DNA from: Candidatus Latescibacterota bacterium
Lineage (GTDB): Bacteria > Latescibacterota > UBA2968
Assembly (NCBI GenBank): GCA_965204745.1
Contig: OZ242010.1
Span: forward strand, 5,312,001-5,376,000
DNA: 64,000 nt
Direction: 5' to 3'
Every line of letters starts with the position of its first letter. The first letter of the stretch is position 1. The notes beneath the pieces are model-generated. The model did not search any database. It had not been told where the DNA came from and was given only the letters and a program-made list of their open reading frames with translations. The position numbers and the translations under genes were made by a program. Shown in pieces: positions 39,556-49,906 of this stretch.

Positions 39556-40101
39556 ATGGCAGATGTTTTGATTATTGGCGATGGGCCTGCGGGATTGAGT
39601 GCCGCGTTGTTTTTGGCAAAAAACGGGCAGCGCGTCACCGTGTTCGGGCAAGACAGCACACCCATGCACAAGGCCATGCTCTACAATTATCTGGGCATTC
39701 CCGAGATGACGGGCAGCGAGTTTCAGCGGGTTTCTCGCGCACAAGTTCAGCAGCAGGGCGGTCAAATTGAGGATATGGAAGTGACGCATGCCGAGAAGAC
39801 CGATACCGGCTTTGCCATCACCACTGAGAACGGCGACCGCAGGGAAGGCAAGTATCTCGTGCTCGCCACGGGCACCAATACCAAACTGGCCGAAGGGCTG
39901 AATTTGGACAAGCAGAACAAGGGCATCGTCGCAGATGCCGACGGCAGAACTGCGGTCAAGGGCCTGTTTGCCGTGGGCTGGAACACGCGCCTCATCCGCA
40001 CGCAGGCGATCATTTCCGCGGGCCAAGGCGCGGCCACTGCGCTGGAAATCCTGTCGCTCGAAGCCGGTGAAGATGTGCATGACTTTGACGTCGTCGAGTA
40101 A
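39556..40101 (+). CDS. Short FAD-dependent thioredoxin-reductase-like oxidoreductase
   Basis: DVLIIGDGPAGLSAA, LATG, GLFAVG, QAIISAGQG. Confidence 0.8.
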   Translation: MADVLIIGDGPAGLSAALFLAKNGQRVTVFGQDSTPMHKAMLYNYLGIPEMTGSEFQRVSRAQVQQQGGQIEDMEVTHAEKTDTGFAITTENGDRREGKYLVLATGTNTKLAEGLNLDKQNKGIVADADGRTAVKGLFAVGWNTRLIRTQAIISAGQGAATALEILSLEAGEDVHDFDVVE

Positions 40102-40249
40102 GCCGCTGCGCTGCATACGCATCGCTCCGCGAGGTTCTAGATATGCCCTGTGCAAACTCTGGAGCCTCTCTTTTTTCTTATTACCCCCATGGCCTTGCGC
40201 GTTGATTTTGTCGAGGAAAATGGGCGGGTTGATCAAACGAGAAAGCAAC

Positions 40250-40822
40250 ATGTCTGAAACGCGGTGTGCAAAATTCGATTATGCGAAAACGATTGCCGAT
40301 CCCTTGCGCCGTCGGCTCTATGTTTGCGCGCTTGTGACGGAAGCATTACCACAATCGGATGGGTTGCCTTGTGTGGTCGTTGGGGACAATGCCTTGGAAT
40401 TTTATACGCTTGGTGCGTATGCCACTGTGGATGTCGAACTCGTGAGTGCAAGGCGAACCGAAATTGGCAATTTGTTGGAAAGTTGGGGATTTGAGCGGGC
40501 GGGTAGGCATTGGCATCACGCGGAGTTGGATGTTTTGATCGAGATTCCCGATGATGTTCTCGCCGGATCTGAAGATAAGGTGATCCAGGTCGAGATTGAG
40601 GATTTGACGGTCTATATCATCGGCGTGGAAGATCTCATCATTGATCGACTCGGTGCTTATACCCATTGGCATTCAACCGATGATGGAAATTGGGCACGGG
40701 AACTCATGGTGCTCTACCGGCAAGACATTGACTGGGCATATCTCAAAACCCGCGCCCAATCGGAAGGGATGCTAAAAGCTCTGATCGCGCTTGGAAATCA
40801 GGTAAAGGAAGACGGACAGTGA
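40250..40822 (+). CDS. Putative minimal nucleotidyltransferase (DUF6036-like)
   Basis: VVVGDNALEFYT.G.YAT.DVEL, EDLIIDRL, IDW.YL..RA. Confidence 0.6.
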   Translation: MSETRCAKFDYAKTIADPLRRRLYVCALVTEALPQSDGLPCVVVGDNALEFYTLGAYATVDVELVSARRTEIGNLLESWGFERAGRHWHHAELDVLIEIPDDVLAGSEDKVIQVEIEDLTVYIIGVEDLIIDRLGAYTHWHSTDDGNWARELMVLYRQDIDWAYLKTRAQSEGMLKALIALGNQVKEDGQ

Positions 40823-41067
40823 AAACGATAAATTTTGATCAGCACGTTCGGGAAATGCGACCGCGGGCGCGGCGTTATCAAATTGAGCAACGCGCACGAC
40901 AGCGCCATCGTCCGGCCCGTCGGCGGCCTCGAGACGCGGATGCGCGACAGGAGTTGCTTCAGTTGGCATTCAAACGCCGCGCGAAGTGGTTGGCAGATGG
41001 CAGACTCGAAAAACTCGGCCCCAGACACTATCGAGTACGTCTCGATAAGGAGATTCACAATGACTGA
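40819..41067 (+). CDS. Small basic protein coupled to the nucleotidyltransferase
   Basis: GTGA overlap; 82 aa, Arg-rich. Confidence 0.55.
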   Translation: MKTINFDQHVREMRPRARRYQIEQRARQRHRPARRRPRDADARQELLQLAFKRRAKWLADGRLEKLGPRHYRVRLDKEIHND

Positions 41068-42313
41068 AAATGTGCAGAAGTTCGGGGGGGCGTTTCGACC
41101 ATTTGCCATGCTGATGCTGTGCTCGGTCGTTGCGGCGACGGCGTGGGGCGGGTTTCGGGATGGGAAGGATGCGTATGACAAGGGGGACTACGCGACTGCG
41201 TTGGCGGAGTTGCTACCGGCCGCCGCGCAAGGCCATGCAGAGGGGCAGTATCAACTCGGGGTGATGTATTACTTTGGGTATGGGGTGAAAGAAGATGATG
41301 CAGAGGCGATCAAGTGGTTTCGCAAAGCCGCAGACCAAGGCCATGCGATGGCGCAGAACCACCTCGGCGACATGTATTACTACGGGTATGGCATAGCGGA
41401 AGACAATGCGGAGGCCATGAAGTGGTTTCACAAGGCCGCAGCGCAGGGCTATGCCGAAGCCCTGTTCAACCTCGGCGTGATGTACGCCAAGGGGTATGGC
41501 GTGGCGAAAGACGATGCAGAGGCGATCAAGTGGTTTCACAAAGCCGCAGCGCAGGGCTATGCCGCGGCCCAATTCAGCTTGGGCGCGATGTATTCAGACG
41601 GGTATGGCGAGGCGAAAAAAGACGTGGCTGAAGCCATGAAGTGGTTTCGCAGAGCCGCGGATCAGGGCTATACCAAAGCGCAGTACATCTTGGGCTATAT
41701 GTATGAGAACGGGACCGAGGTGCCAAAAGATTTGGTGGAGGCGCACAGGTGGTACACCCTTGCCGAAGCGCGAGGGGAAAACATCGCCGGGTACAAACGC
41801 GCTGAACTCGCCGAGAAGATGACCGATGCCCAACTCGTGGAAGCCAAACGCAAGGCACGCGATGGGCTACAAGCCGAGGACTTTACGCTGTGGACCCTCG
41901 CGGGCGAGCGGTTCAACCTATCGGAAAACGTCGGCAAACCCATCTTCCTCAACTTTTGGACGACGTGGTGTCCGCCCTGCATTGCCGAAATGCCGGCCAT
42001 GGAAAAACTGAAACAGACTATCGGCGACTCGGTGCAGATCGTGGGGATTAACCTGCAAGAATCGCCTGCCACTGTGCGGCGGTTCATCCAAAATCGCGGC
42101 TTTACCTGGACGTTTCTCCTCGACCTGCGGCGCGAAGTGGGCAATGCGTACAATGTCAGTGGCATTCCCGTCTCTTTTTTTCTCGACACCAATGGCAGAA
42201 TCGTCCACCGCTTCAACGGCGCACGAGACTACGAGACGTTCTTAAAAGCAACGCGACAGGTGATGGGGATGGAGGCTGAAAAATGGGGGCCGGGAGTTGG
42301 GACTGACAACTGA
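41060..42313 (+). CDS. Exported Sel1-repeat protein fused to a TlpA/ResA-like thioredoxin domain
   Basis: Signal peptide; about 5 Sel1 repeats (AQ..LG.MY..G.GV..D..EA.KWF.KAA.QG); FLNFWTTWCPPC. Confidence 0.85.
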   Translation: MTENVQKFGGAFRPFAMLMLCSVVAATAWGGFRDGKDAYDKGDYATALAELLPAAAQGHAEGQYQLGVMYYFGYGVKEDDAEAIKWFRKAADQGHAMAQNHLGDMYYYGYGIAEDNAEAMKWFHKAAAQGYAEALFNLGVMYAKGYGVAKDDAEAIKWFHKAAAQGYAAAQFSLGAMYSDGYGEAKKDVAEAMKWFRRAADQGYTKAQYILGYMYENGTEVPKDLVEAHRWYTLAEARGENIAGYKRAELAEKMTDAQLVEAKRKARDGLQAEDFTLWTLAGERFNLSENVGKPIFLNFWTTWCPPCIAEMPAMEKLKQTIGDSVQIVGINLQESPATVRRFIQNRGFTWTFLLDLRREVGNAYNVSGIPVSFFLDTNGRIVHRFNGARDYETFLKATRQVMGMEAEKWGPGVGTDN

Positions 42314-42361
42314 CAATGCAAATAAAGAGTTGAATCCATCGCGCCCTTGTCCTTTTATCTA

Positions 42362-42403
42362 GGACCTACCCCCCTGGCCCCCCTTCCTGTGAGGAAGGGG
42401 GGA
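42362..42403. repeat. C-run/G-run palindromic repeat
   Basis: cctacccccctggccccccttcctgtgaggaagggggg; related inverted copy at about 428-503. Confidence 0.6.
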
Positions 42404-42563
42404 AGAACATCTTTCCGTTGCGGAGAAGAGTCGGAGAAGGGGCATCCATCGTTTGTTTTAAGACACGTTCTAAGGGGCGATTCGGTAATGGATGACTCGT
42501 CCATGTCTTTGGACAATTGGTCTCGGCTTGTTTCCTACTCGCTTTCTACTCTTTATTCGCATT

Positions 42564-42792
42564 GACAACTGACAACTGATCACTTGGGCAGTTGCGGGGT
42601 TGCTTCACCTCTTCCCTCTCCCCTCTTACGTCTCACCGAAGGGGTTGGGCAGGGTAGGGACTGACAACTGACAACTGACTACTGACTACTGATCACTTGG
42701 GCAGTTGCGGGGTTGCCTCACCTCTCACCTCTCCCCTCTTACGTCTCACCGAAGGGGTTGGGCAGGGTAGGGACTGACAACTGACAACTGAC
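42564..42792. repeat. Two about 110-bp composite units with GACAACT/GACTACT and CCTCTC heptamers and G-rich spacers
   Basis: gatcacttgggcagttgcggggttg...gaaggggttgggcagggtagggactgacaactgacaactgac occurs twice. Confidence 0.9.
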
Positions 42793-42796
42793 GCGG

Positions 42797-42825
42797 TTGA
42801 CAAAACTGGATAAATTGGGTATGTT
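42797..42825 (+). promoter_or_regulatory. Sigma70-type promoter for the yicC operon
   Basis: TTGACA-17 bp-TATGTT. Confidence 0.55.
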
Positions 42826-42888
42826 TTTCGGCTTTCGCAACGCATTGTCGAGGCATTTTTTTTTAGGTCGTCAAAGACGGGAGCGGGC

Positions 42889-43767
42889 ATGATCGGCAGC
42901 ATGACGGGGTTTGGCAAGGGCGTGGCAGAAGGGGAAGTCGGGCGCGTGATCGTGGAAGTTCAGTCCGTGAATGGCAAGTACGGGGATGTGGTCGTACACC
43001 TGCCCTGTTCTTTGCCCGAACTCGAATCGCGCATCAATGCGCGGGTTTTGTCGGTCTTTTCGCGGGGGCGGATCACTGTGATCGTCACCTTGCAGAGCAA
43101 CGTGCCGGAGCAGGGGTTGCCCGTGCTCAAAACCGAGGTGTTGGCAGCGTATCTCAAAGGGATTGAGGCTATCCGCGCCCAGGCCGAGTTGGCGGACGAG
43201 GTCGATGTGATGCAGGTCGCGCAGTTGCCGCAGACATTTGCGTTTGAAGTTCCAGAAATCGATGTCGACGCCCTGTGGGACGCGGTGGCTGACGCACTAG
43301 ACCAAGCCCTGTGCGCGTGCCGGACCATGCGCTTGGCAGAGGGCGAGAAGCTCGTCGGAGATTTTCGAGAACGCATTGTCGTCATCGAGAACTTGCTCGC
43401 GCAGGTCGAGGCATTGGCGCCTAGGCGCGTCGAGGCGGTTCGCAAGCGGTTGGAAGAAAAAGTGGCGCGCCTGACCAGGCCCGAACAGGTCGATGAAAAC
43501 AGGTTGATGATGGAAATTGCCCTGTTGGCCGAACGCAGCGACATCACCGAAGAATGCGTGCGCTTTCACAGCCACAACGCGCAATTTCTCGACATGCTCG
43601 ACCGGGAAGAAGCGGTTGGGCGGCGGCTCAACTTTTTGTTGCAAGAAATGCTCAGAGAAGCCAACACAATGGGGTCCAAGGCCGGGGATGCGGACATCGC
43701 GCATGTGGTCGTCGCGATCAAAGAAGAGATCGAAAAACTCAAGGAACAGGTGCAAAATATTGAATGA
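42889..43767 (+). CDS. yicC: YicC/YloC endoribonuclease
   Basis: SMTGFG, DITEE..RF.SH, GRRLNFLLQEM.REANT.GSK, EQVQNIE. Confidence 0.95.
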   Translation: MIGSMTGFGKGVAEGEVGRVIVEVQSVNGKYGDVVVHLPCSLPELESRINARVLSVFSRGRITVIVTLQSNVPEQGLPVLKTEVLAAYLKGIEAIRAQAELADEVDVMQVAQLPQTFAFEVPEIDVDALWDAVADALDQALCACRTMRLAEGEKLVGDFRERIVVIENLLAQVEALAPRRVEAVRKRLEEKVARLTRPEQVDENRLMMEIALLAERSDITEECVRFHSHNAQFLDMLDREEAVGRRLNFLLQEMLREANTMGSKAGDADIAHVVVAIKEEIEKLKEQVQNIE

Positions 43768-44437
43768 CCATGCCCGTACATTGCGCTGCAAATTGGCCGC
43801 TGATCCCGCTGCGTATGCCGCGATCGTCGCCGGGCCATCCGGCGTTGGGAAAACGTCGATGTGCCAAGGGGTTTTGCGCGCGGATTCCGGGGTGCAACGG
43901 TGCGTGACGACCACGACTCGCCCGCAGCGCGCCGGCGAAATCAATGGGGTGTCGCGTCATTTTGTGAGCGTGGCCGAGTTTGAGGCGATGAAAGCGCGGG
44001 GCGATTTTGTCGAATGCGCCGAGGTGTATGGGCATCATTACGGCGCGACATTTGACGCGGTCGCAAGGGCCTTAGATGGCGGGCAGGTGATGTTGATGGA
44101 TGTGGATGTGCAAGGCGTGGCAACTTGGCAAGCGGTGTTGAAAGACCGCTGCGTCACGGTATTTGTGGTGCCGCCCTCTGTCGATGTGCTCGCAAAGCGA
44201 TTGACCGCGCGGCAAACAGAAGGCGCGGTCGCATACCACAGGCGGATGGAAACCGCCAGGGTTGAACTTTCACAGGCAAAAAACAGCGATTATATTGTCG
44301 TCAATGACGTGTTGGAAAATGCCATCGCGGATTTGCAGGCCATTATCCGTGCGGAGAAGCAGCGTACGCAACGGGTCACTTTGAAAGGAGTGTGGGATGC
44401 CAAACGTGTTTTTCACAGAGGAATTGACCGAGGGTGA
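43760..44437 (+). CDS. gmk: Guanylate kinase
   Basis: GPSGVGKT, TTRPQR.GE..G, YG, DVDVQG; follows yicC; start approximate. Confidence 0.9.
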   Translation: MNDHARTLRCKLAADPAAYAAIVAGPSGVGKTSMCQGVLRADSGVQRCVTTTTRPQRAGEINGVSRHFVSVAEFEAMKARGDFVECAEVYGHHYGATFDAVARALDGGQVMLMDVDVQGVATWQAVLKDRCVTVFVVPPSVDVLAKRLTARQTEGAVAYHRRMETARVELSQAKNSDYIVVNDVLENAIADLQAIIRAEKQRTQRVTLKGVWDAKRVFHRGIDRG

Positions 44438-44624
44438 GGACATGACCCCCTACGCGGCGGTGTTGTTGGCGTCGCGGGAGGCGCGCAGGCTCAACAAGGA
44501 TCGCTTGCTCGCGGGCGTGCCCGAAGGCGAAGAGAAAATTACGACTATCGCGCTGAAGCGCGTTGTGGGCAAAAAAATTCAGGTGCGCCATGCTGGTGGG
44601 AAAGCGGATTCTTCTGGGCGTTAG
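44397..44624 (+). CDS. rpoZ: RNA polymerase omega subunit
   Basis: Y.AVL.AS.EAR.L, K.TT.AL; gmk-rpoZ-coaBC synteny. Confidence 0.75.
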   Translation: MPNVFFTEELTEGEDMTPYAAVLLASREARRLNKDRLLAGVPEGEEKITTIALKRVVGKKIQVRHAGGKADSSGR

Positions 44625-45795
44625 TGGCGGCATTGCCGCGTACAAAAGCGTCTCCTTGTTGCGCTTGTTGCAAAAAGCAGGTGCCGAGGTTCGCGTGGTG
44701 ATGACCCAGGCTGCACAGAGATTTGTGCAGCCTCTCACGTTTGAAGCCCTGTCGCGCCACCGGGTCTATGGGGATTTGTTTCCCGAATCCGGCGATCCAG
44801 AAGTGGTGCACGTTCAGTTGGGCAAGTGGGCGGATTGGGTCGTTGTCGCGCCTGCCACTGCGGATTTCATCGGCAAAATGGCGCACGGCTTGGCAGACGA
44901 TGTGTTGACCTGCGTGTTGTTGGCAACAGAGGCGCCGGTTTTGATCGCGCCGGCAATGGAATCGCAGATGTGGGAACACCGCGCGGTTCGGGACAATGTC
45001 CGCACGTTGCGAAATCGCGGTTGCGAAATGGTCGCGCCGGGGGCCGGGCCGCTCGCGTCCGGCGCGCAGGGCATCGGGCGCATGGCAGAACCGGAGGAGA
45101 TCGCCGAAGTGGTCGGCGCGATGGCGGGGGCGGCGCAATCGCTCGTGGGACGCCGCGTTGTCGTGACCGCGGGCAGGACCGAGCAACCCATCGATCCGGT
45201 GCGCTTTATCACCAACCGATCCACGGGCAAGATGGGCTATGCCATAGCCGAACAGGCGAGGCGCCGGGGCGCTGCGGTCACGCTGATCAGCGGGCCGACG
45301 GAACTGACAGCCCCCACAGGCGTAAGCATGGTGTCGATTCGCACGGTCGCGGCATTAAAGGCCGCGACGATTCGCGCGTACCAAAACGCGGACGCGCTGA
45401 TTATGACCGCGGCCGTGCTCGATTTTCGGCCCGAAGAGGTCGCCGAATCAAAGATCAAAAAACGCGATGGCGGCCTTTCGCTTCGCCTGTTGCCCAACGA
45501 GGATTTTTTGATTCCCTTGGGCGAAACCAAGGGCGAGCGGGTCGTCATCGGGTTTGCCCTAGAAACGGACGACGCGCTGGCAAATGCCCGCAAAAAGCTC
45601 GACGAGAAGCATCTCGACTTGATCGTGTTGAACGAATTAAATGTGGAAGGCGCCGGGTTTGGGGTCGATACGAATGTCGTCACCTTGATCGCACCGCACC
45701 GCGACGCGGTCGCCTTGCCGTTGATGTCCAAGCGCGATGTGGCGGATCGGATTTTGGACTGGCTCGTTTCGCATTGGGAGAACGCCCATGGATAA
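44590..45795 (+). CDS. coaBC: Bifunctional phosphopantothenoylcysteine decarboxylase/synthetase
   Basis: GGIAAYK, APAM, TAG.T...[22 protein letters not shown]. Confidence 0.95.
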   Translation: MLVGKRILLGVSGGIAAYKSVSLLRLLQKAGAEVRVVMTQAAQRFVQPLTFEALSRHRVYGDLFPESGDPEVVHVQLGKWADWVVVAPATADFIGKMAHGLADDVLTCVLLATEAPVLIAPAMESQMWEHRAVRDNVRTLRNRGCEMVAPGAGPLASGAQGIGRMAEPEEIAEVVGAMAGAAQSLVGRRVVVTAGRTEQPIDPVRFITNRSTGKMGYAIAEQARRRGAAVTLISGPTELTAPTGVSMVSIRTVAALKAATIRAYQNADALIMTAAVLDFRPEEVAESKIKKRDGGLSLRLLPNEDFLIPLGETKGERVVIGFALETDDALANARKKLDEKHLDLIVLNELNVEGAGFGVDTNVVTLIAPHRDAVALPLMSKRDVADRILDWLVSHWENAHG

Positions 45796-46450
45796 ATCTC
45801 CGGATATTTTGGAAACCCTGTCGCTCGCTCGCGATTTTTTGGCGCGGGAAATCCCCGGCCCGATAGCGCGGGCAGGTGTGCAGGCGCAGGACGACGATCC
45901 CCTGGCCGCGTTGGGCGCCGAGGCGGGTGCGTGTCAAAAATGCGGCTTGGCCCAAACGCGGCTGTCGGTCGTGTTTGGCAATGGCCGTGCAGATGCGGAC
46001 TTGGTGTTTGTCGGCGAGGCGCCCGGCGCGGAAGAAGACCGGCAAGGCGTGCCGTTTGTGGGCGCGGCCGGGCAATTGTTGACGCGCATGATCGAGGCGA
46101 TAGGCCTGGCGCGGGAAGACGTGTACATCGCCAATATCGTCAAGTGCCGGCCCCCGAATAACCGGGATCCCAAGCCGGATGAAATCGCCGCGTGCCGGCC
46201 CTATTTGGAACGGCAACTCGAACTCATCGCGCCGGTCGCGATCTGCACTTTGGGCAGGTTTGCCGCGCAAACCCTGTTGCAGACGACCGAGACTATCGGC
46301 CGATTGCGCGGCCGGGTTTTCGACCGCTATGGCGCGAAGGTGGTGCCCACGTATCACCCGGCCGCGCTGTTGCGAAATCCGAGGTGGAAACGCCCGACTT
46401 GGGAAGATTTGAAACTCGTGCGAAAACTTTGCGATGGAACGGAACTTTGA
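45788..46450 (+). CDS. Family 4 uracil-DNA glycosylase
   Basis: CQKC, GEAPG.EED..G.PFVG, KCRPP.NR.P, YHPAA. Confidence 0.92.
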   Translation: MDKSPDILETLSLARDFLAREIPGPIARAGVQAQDDDPLAALGAEAGACQKCGLAQTRLSVVFGNGRADADLVFVGEAPGAEEDRQGVPFVGAAGQLLTRMIEAIGLAREDVYIANIVKCRPPNNRDPKPDEIAACRPYLERQLELIAPVAICTLGRFAAQTLLQTTETIGRLRGRVFDRYGAKVVPTYHPAALLRNPRWKRPTWEDLKLVRKLCDGTEL

Positions 46451-47826
46451 TGGCGTCCGCAAATGCGACATCGAGCACTGTTGAACGCGCCTTGCCCCAA
46501 GCCGTGGAGGTGGAACGCGCGGTGTTGGGGGCGATGCTGATCGACAACATGGCGATCAACCGCGTCACCGAGGTCTTGGGCGATGAAACCGCGTTTTACC
46601 ACACGCCGCACCGCAGGGTGTACGCGGCGATTCAAAAATTGTCCGAGCAGGGAGAGCCGGTCGATCAAGTGACCCTGAGCCAGGCCCTGTCGCGGCGCGG
46701 GCAACTTGACGAGGTGGGCGGCCCGGTTTTCATCGCGGAATTGGCCGGGGACATGGCGACCGCGGCCAATGCGGAATACCACGCGCAAATCGTGTTGGAA
46801 AAGGCGCAGCGGCGGCGCTTGATCGACGCGGCCACACAGACCATTGCCGAGAGCTACGAGGACGCCGAGAATGTGCGCGAGTTGATCGACCGCGCGGAGC
46901 AACGGGTTTTTCAAATTGCCGAGGGCGAATTGGGCAAAGGCGTGCTGCCCCTCTCGGCTGCGATTACCGAGGCGTTCGTCGCTATCGAACGCGCCCACGA
47001 ACACCCCGGCGCGCTGACCGGCGTGACCACGGGCTATACGGAATTGGACGAGATCACCGCGGGCTTGCAAGCGTCCGACATGATCATCTTGGCGTCTCGG
47101 CCGTCCATGGGCAAAACCGCGCTGACCCTGTGCATGGCGCGCAATGCCGCGATCAAGGGCAATGTGCCGGTGCTGTACTTTTCGCTGGAAATGTCGACCG
47201 AGCAACTCGCGCAGCGGTTGTTGTGCGCCGAAGCGCGCGTGAGTTCCCACCGCTTGCGAACCGGCCGCCTGTCAGAGGAGGAGTGGCAACGCCTGTCCGA
47301 GTGGACGAGCAAGTTGATCGACGCGCCCCTGTACATCGACGACACGCCGGCGATTTCCGTGATGGAATTGCGGGCAAAAGCGCGGCGCGCCAAATCCGAA
47401 TACGATATCGGGTTGATCTTTGTCGATTATTTGCAGTTGATGACCGCGTCTGAAAATTTCGGCAACCGGGAACAGGAAATCGCCTATATTTCGCGGTCGC
47501 TCAAAGCCTTGGCCAAGGAATTGGACGTGCCGCTCGTGGCATGCGCGCAGTTGTCCCGCGCCGTGGAGAGCCGCACGGACAAGCGCCCGCAACTATCGGA
47601 TCTGCGCGAGAGCGGTTCGCTAGAACAAGACGCGGACGTGGTGATGTTTCTCTTTCGGCCCGAGGTGTACGGCATTGTCGATGAAGAGGGCAGCACGCAA
47701 GAAGGCGTGGCCGAGATCATTTTGGGCAAGCAGCGCAGCGGCCCGATTGGCAATGTTTTTCTGTCTTTTGTCGCGGAGTCTCTCCGGTTTGAAGAACCCG
47801 AACTCTACCGAGAAGAATTTCCCTAA
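46450..47826 (+). CDS. dnaB: Replicative DNA helicase (no intein)
   Basis: E.AVLGA, SRPSMGKT, FSLEM, DYLQL, DLRESGSLEQDAD. Confidence 0.96.
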   Translation: MASANATSSTVERALPQAVEVERAVLGAMLIDNMAINRVTEVLGDETAFYHTPHRRVYAAIQKLSEQGEPVDQVTLSQALSRRGQLDEVGGPVFIAELAGDMATAANAEYHAQIVLEKAQRRRLIDAATQTIAESYEDAENVRELIDRAEQRVFQIAEGELGKGVLPLSAAITEAFVAIERAHEHPGALTGVTTGYTELDEITAGLQASDMIILASRPSMGKTALTLCMARNAAIKGNVPVLYFSLEMSTEQLAQRLLCAEARVSSHRLRTGRLSEEEWQRLSEWTSKLIDAPLYIDDTPAISVMELRAKARRAKSEYDIGLIFVDYLQLMTASENFGNREQEIAYISRSLKALAKELDVPLVACAQLSRAVESRTDKRPQLSDLRESGSLEQDADVVMFLFRPEVYGIVDEEGSTQEGVAEIILGKQRSGPIGNVFLSFVAESLRFEEPELYREEFP

Positions 47827-47837
47827 AGGAATGGGCT

Positions 47838-49199
47838 ATGGGCAAAGTGCGCGTGCGGTACGTGTGTCAGGAATGCGGCGCAGACGCGAGGCGGTGGTTT
47901 GGTCGGTGCATAGCCTGCGGCGCGTGGAACTCGTGCGTTGAAGAAACGCCGATGCCAAAAACCACGCGCCTGTCGGGCGATGTGGTCGCGGCAAATCCAC
48001 CACAGCCGATTACGGAAGTGAAAGGCGGCAGCGAAGACCGCATCGAGACGGCTATCCGGGAATTTGACCGCACCTTGGGCGGCGGCATCGTGCCCGGCAT
48101 GGCCGCGCTCATCGGCGGGGATCCCGGCATCGGCAAATCCACCTTGCTCTTGCAGGGGGCGTCGCAACTCGCGTTTTCCGGCATGAAGGCGTTGTACGTC
48201 TCCGCAGAGGAATCGCCCCGCCAAACGCGGATGCGCGCCCAACGGGTCGGCGCGCTGTGCGATGAGTTGTTCTTGATTTCCGAATCCAATCTCGATCTGA
48301 TTTGCGCCCATATCGACGCCATGCAACCGGTTGCTGTCGTGGTCGATTCCGTGCAGACCATTTTCTCGCCGGCACTGCAAAGCGCGCCCGGCAGCGTGGC
48401 GCAGGTGCGCGAATCTTCGGCAAAGCTGGTCGCGCTGGGCAAACGCATGGGCACGGCGATTTTCCTGATCGGTCACGTCACCAAAGAAGGCACAGTGGCC
48501 GGGCCGCGCGTGCTCGAGCACATCGTGGATACGGTGCTGTACTTGGAGGGGGAACGACACGGCGCGTTTCGCATTTTGCGGGCCGCGAAAAACCGGTTTG
48601 GATCGACGAATGAGATCGGCATTTTTGAAATGCGCGATGAGGGGATGGTCGAAGTGGCGAATCCCTCGCAGGTGTTTTTGCCCGACCGAGACGCGGAACG
48701 CGAGGGCACGGCTATCGTTTGCACGGTCGAGGGCACGCGGCCCATTTTGGTCGAAGTTCAAGCCCTCGTCAGCCGCAGCAATTTCGGGTATCCACAGCGC
48801 GTTGCCACCGGGTTTGATGCGCGGCGCATGGCGATTTTGATCGCGGTGCTCGAGAAGCGGTCGGGCCTGCAACTGGGCGGCGAGGATATTTTTTTGAAGG
48901 TCGCGGGCGGGTTGCGCGTCAACGAACCGGCCGTGGATTTGGGCGTGGCCATGGCGATGGCGTCGAGTTTTCGCAACGCGCAGATGCCCCGGGATACGGT
49001 CGTGATCGGCGAGGTGGGCCTCGGCGGCGAAGTCCGCGCCGTGGGGCAAATCGAGCGCAGAATGGCCGAGGCGCGCAAATTGGGCTTTACGCAGTGCGTT
49101 GCGGCCAAGGCGAATTTGAGCGGCGCGCGCATTCCCGATGGCCTGTCGCTGATCGGGGTTCAAGACGTGGATGCCGCGCAAGACGTGGTGTTTTCTTAG
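47838..49199 (+). CDS. radA: DNA repair protein RadA/Sms
   Basis: CQEC...CIAC, GDPGIGKST, KNRFG, GEVGLGGE. Confidence 0.96.
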   Translation: MGKVRVRYVCQECGADARRWFGRCIACGAWNSCVEETPMPKTTRLSGDVVAANPPQPITEVKGGSEDRIETAIREFDRTLGGGIVPGMAALIGGDPGIGKSTLLLQGASQLAFSGMKALYVSAEESPRQTRMRAQRVGALCDELFLISESNLDLICAHIDAMQPVAVVVDSVQTIFSPALQSAPGSVAQVRESSAKLVALGKRMGTAIFLIGHVTKEGTVAGPRVLEHIVDTVLYLEGERHGAFRILRAAKNRFGSTNEIGIFEMRDEGMVEVANPSQVFLPDRDAEREGTAIVCTVEGTRPILVEVQALVSRSNFGYPQRVATGFDARRMAILIAVLEKRSGLQLGGEDIFLKVAGGLRVNEPAVDLGVAMAMASSFRNAQMPRDTVVIGEVGLGGEVRAVGQIERRMAEARKLGFTQCVAAKANLSGARIPDGLSLIGVQDVDAAQDVVFS

Positions 49200-49223
49200 G
49201 CGATTATCAGACTGGAGAAAGGC

Positions 49224-49856
49224 ATGAGACAGATGAGGAGGCACGGGGGGGCGAACCCGAGCAGGCGCATGACGCCGAGAACGGCTTCCAAATTGCTCGC
49301 CCTGATGTTGCGGCACGCGCCCGATGAGTTTGGGCTGGAGGTCGATAGCCGAGGATTTGCCGAACTCGACGCGGTTGTGCAGGCGTTTCAAGGCAAAGAT
49401 TCGCAATTCACACTTGAAGATATCGAAAAAGTGGTTTATGATGGGGAGAAGGATCGGTTTGAAATCGTGGATGATCGCATTCGCGCGCGGTACGGGCACA
49501 GTTTTTCTATCGATCTCGGCCTCGATCCATCAGAACCGCCCGAGTTTTTGTACAAGGGCGTGAATGCCGCAGAGGTCGAGCACCTGTTGGCCGATGGCCT
49601 GGCGCCGGATAATCGCGCTTACGTGCATCTGTCGTTTGACGCAGAGGTGGCCGCGCAGTTGAGCGCGCGGCCCGGCCGCCGGGGGGCCGTCCTCAAGATC
49701 GCGGCTACCCGCGCACATGACGCAGGCGTGGCGTTTTACGATTGCGGCCCGACCATTTTGACCAAGCGCGTTCCCAGCGAATTTTTGGCGTTGGAACAGC
49801 CGCCAGCGCACGAAGAGATGACGTACGGCCGGCGGAGACGCTTCACGAGTCGGTAA
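49224..49856 (+). CDS. kptA: RNA 2'-phosphotransferase Tpt1/KptA
   Basis: SK.L...LRH.P, K.RF, IRARYGHS, R.YVHLS. Confidence 0.85.
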   Translation: MRQMRRHGGANPSRRMTPRTASKLLALMLRHAPDEFGLEVDSRGFAELDAVVQAFQGKDSQFTLEDIEKVVYDGEKDRFEIVDDRIRARYGHSFSIDLGLDPSEPPEFLYKGVNAAEVEHLLADGLAPDNRAYVHLSFDAEVAAQLSARPGRRGAVLKIAATRAHDAGVAFYDCGPTILTKRVPSEFLALEQPPAHEEMTYGRRRRFTSR

Positions 49857-49906
49857 TGGGAAAGTCGCTAAGTACTCGCGTTATGACGAAAAATACAGTG
49901 TCTAAA

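Noticed and set aside
46450-47826. Intein in dnaB
   Set aside because: Normal length (458 aa) with contiguous motifs.
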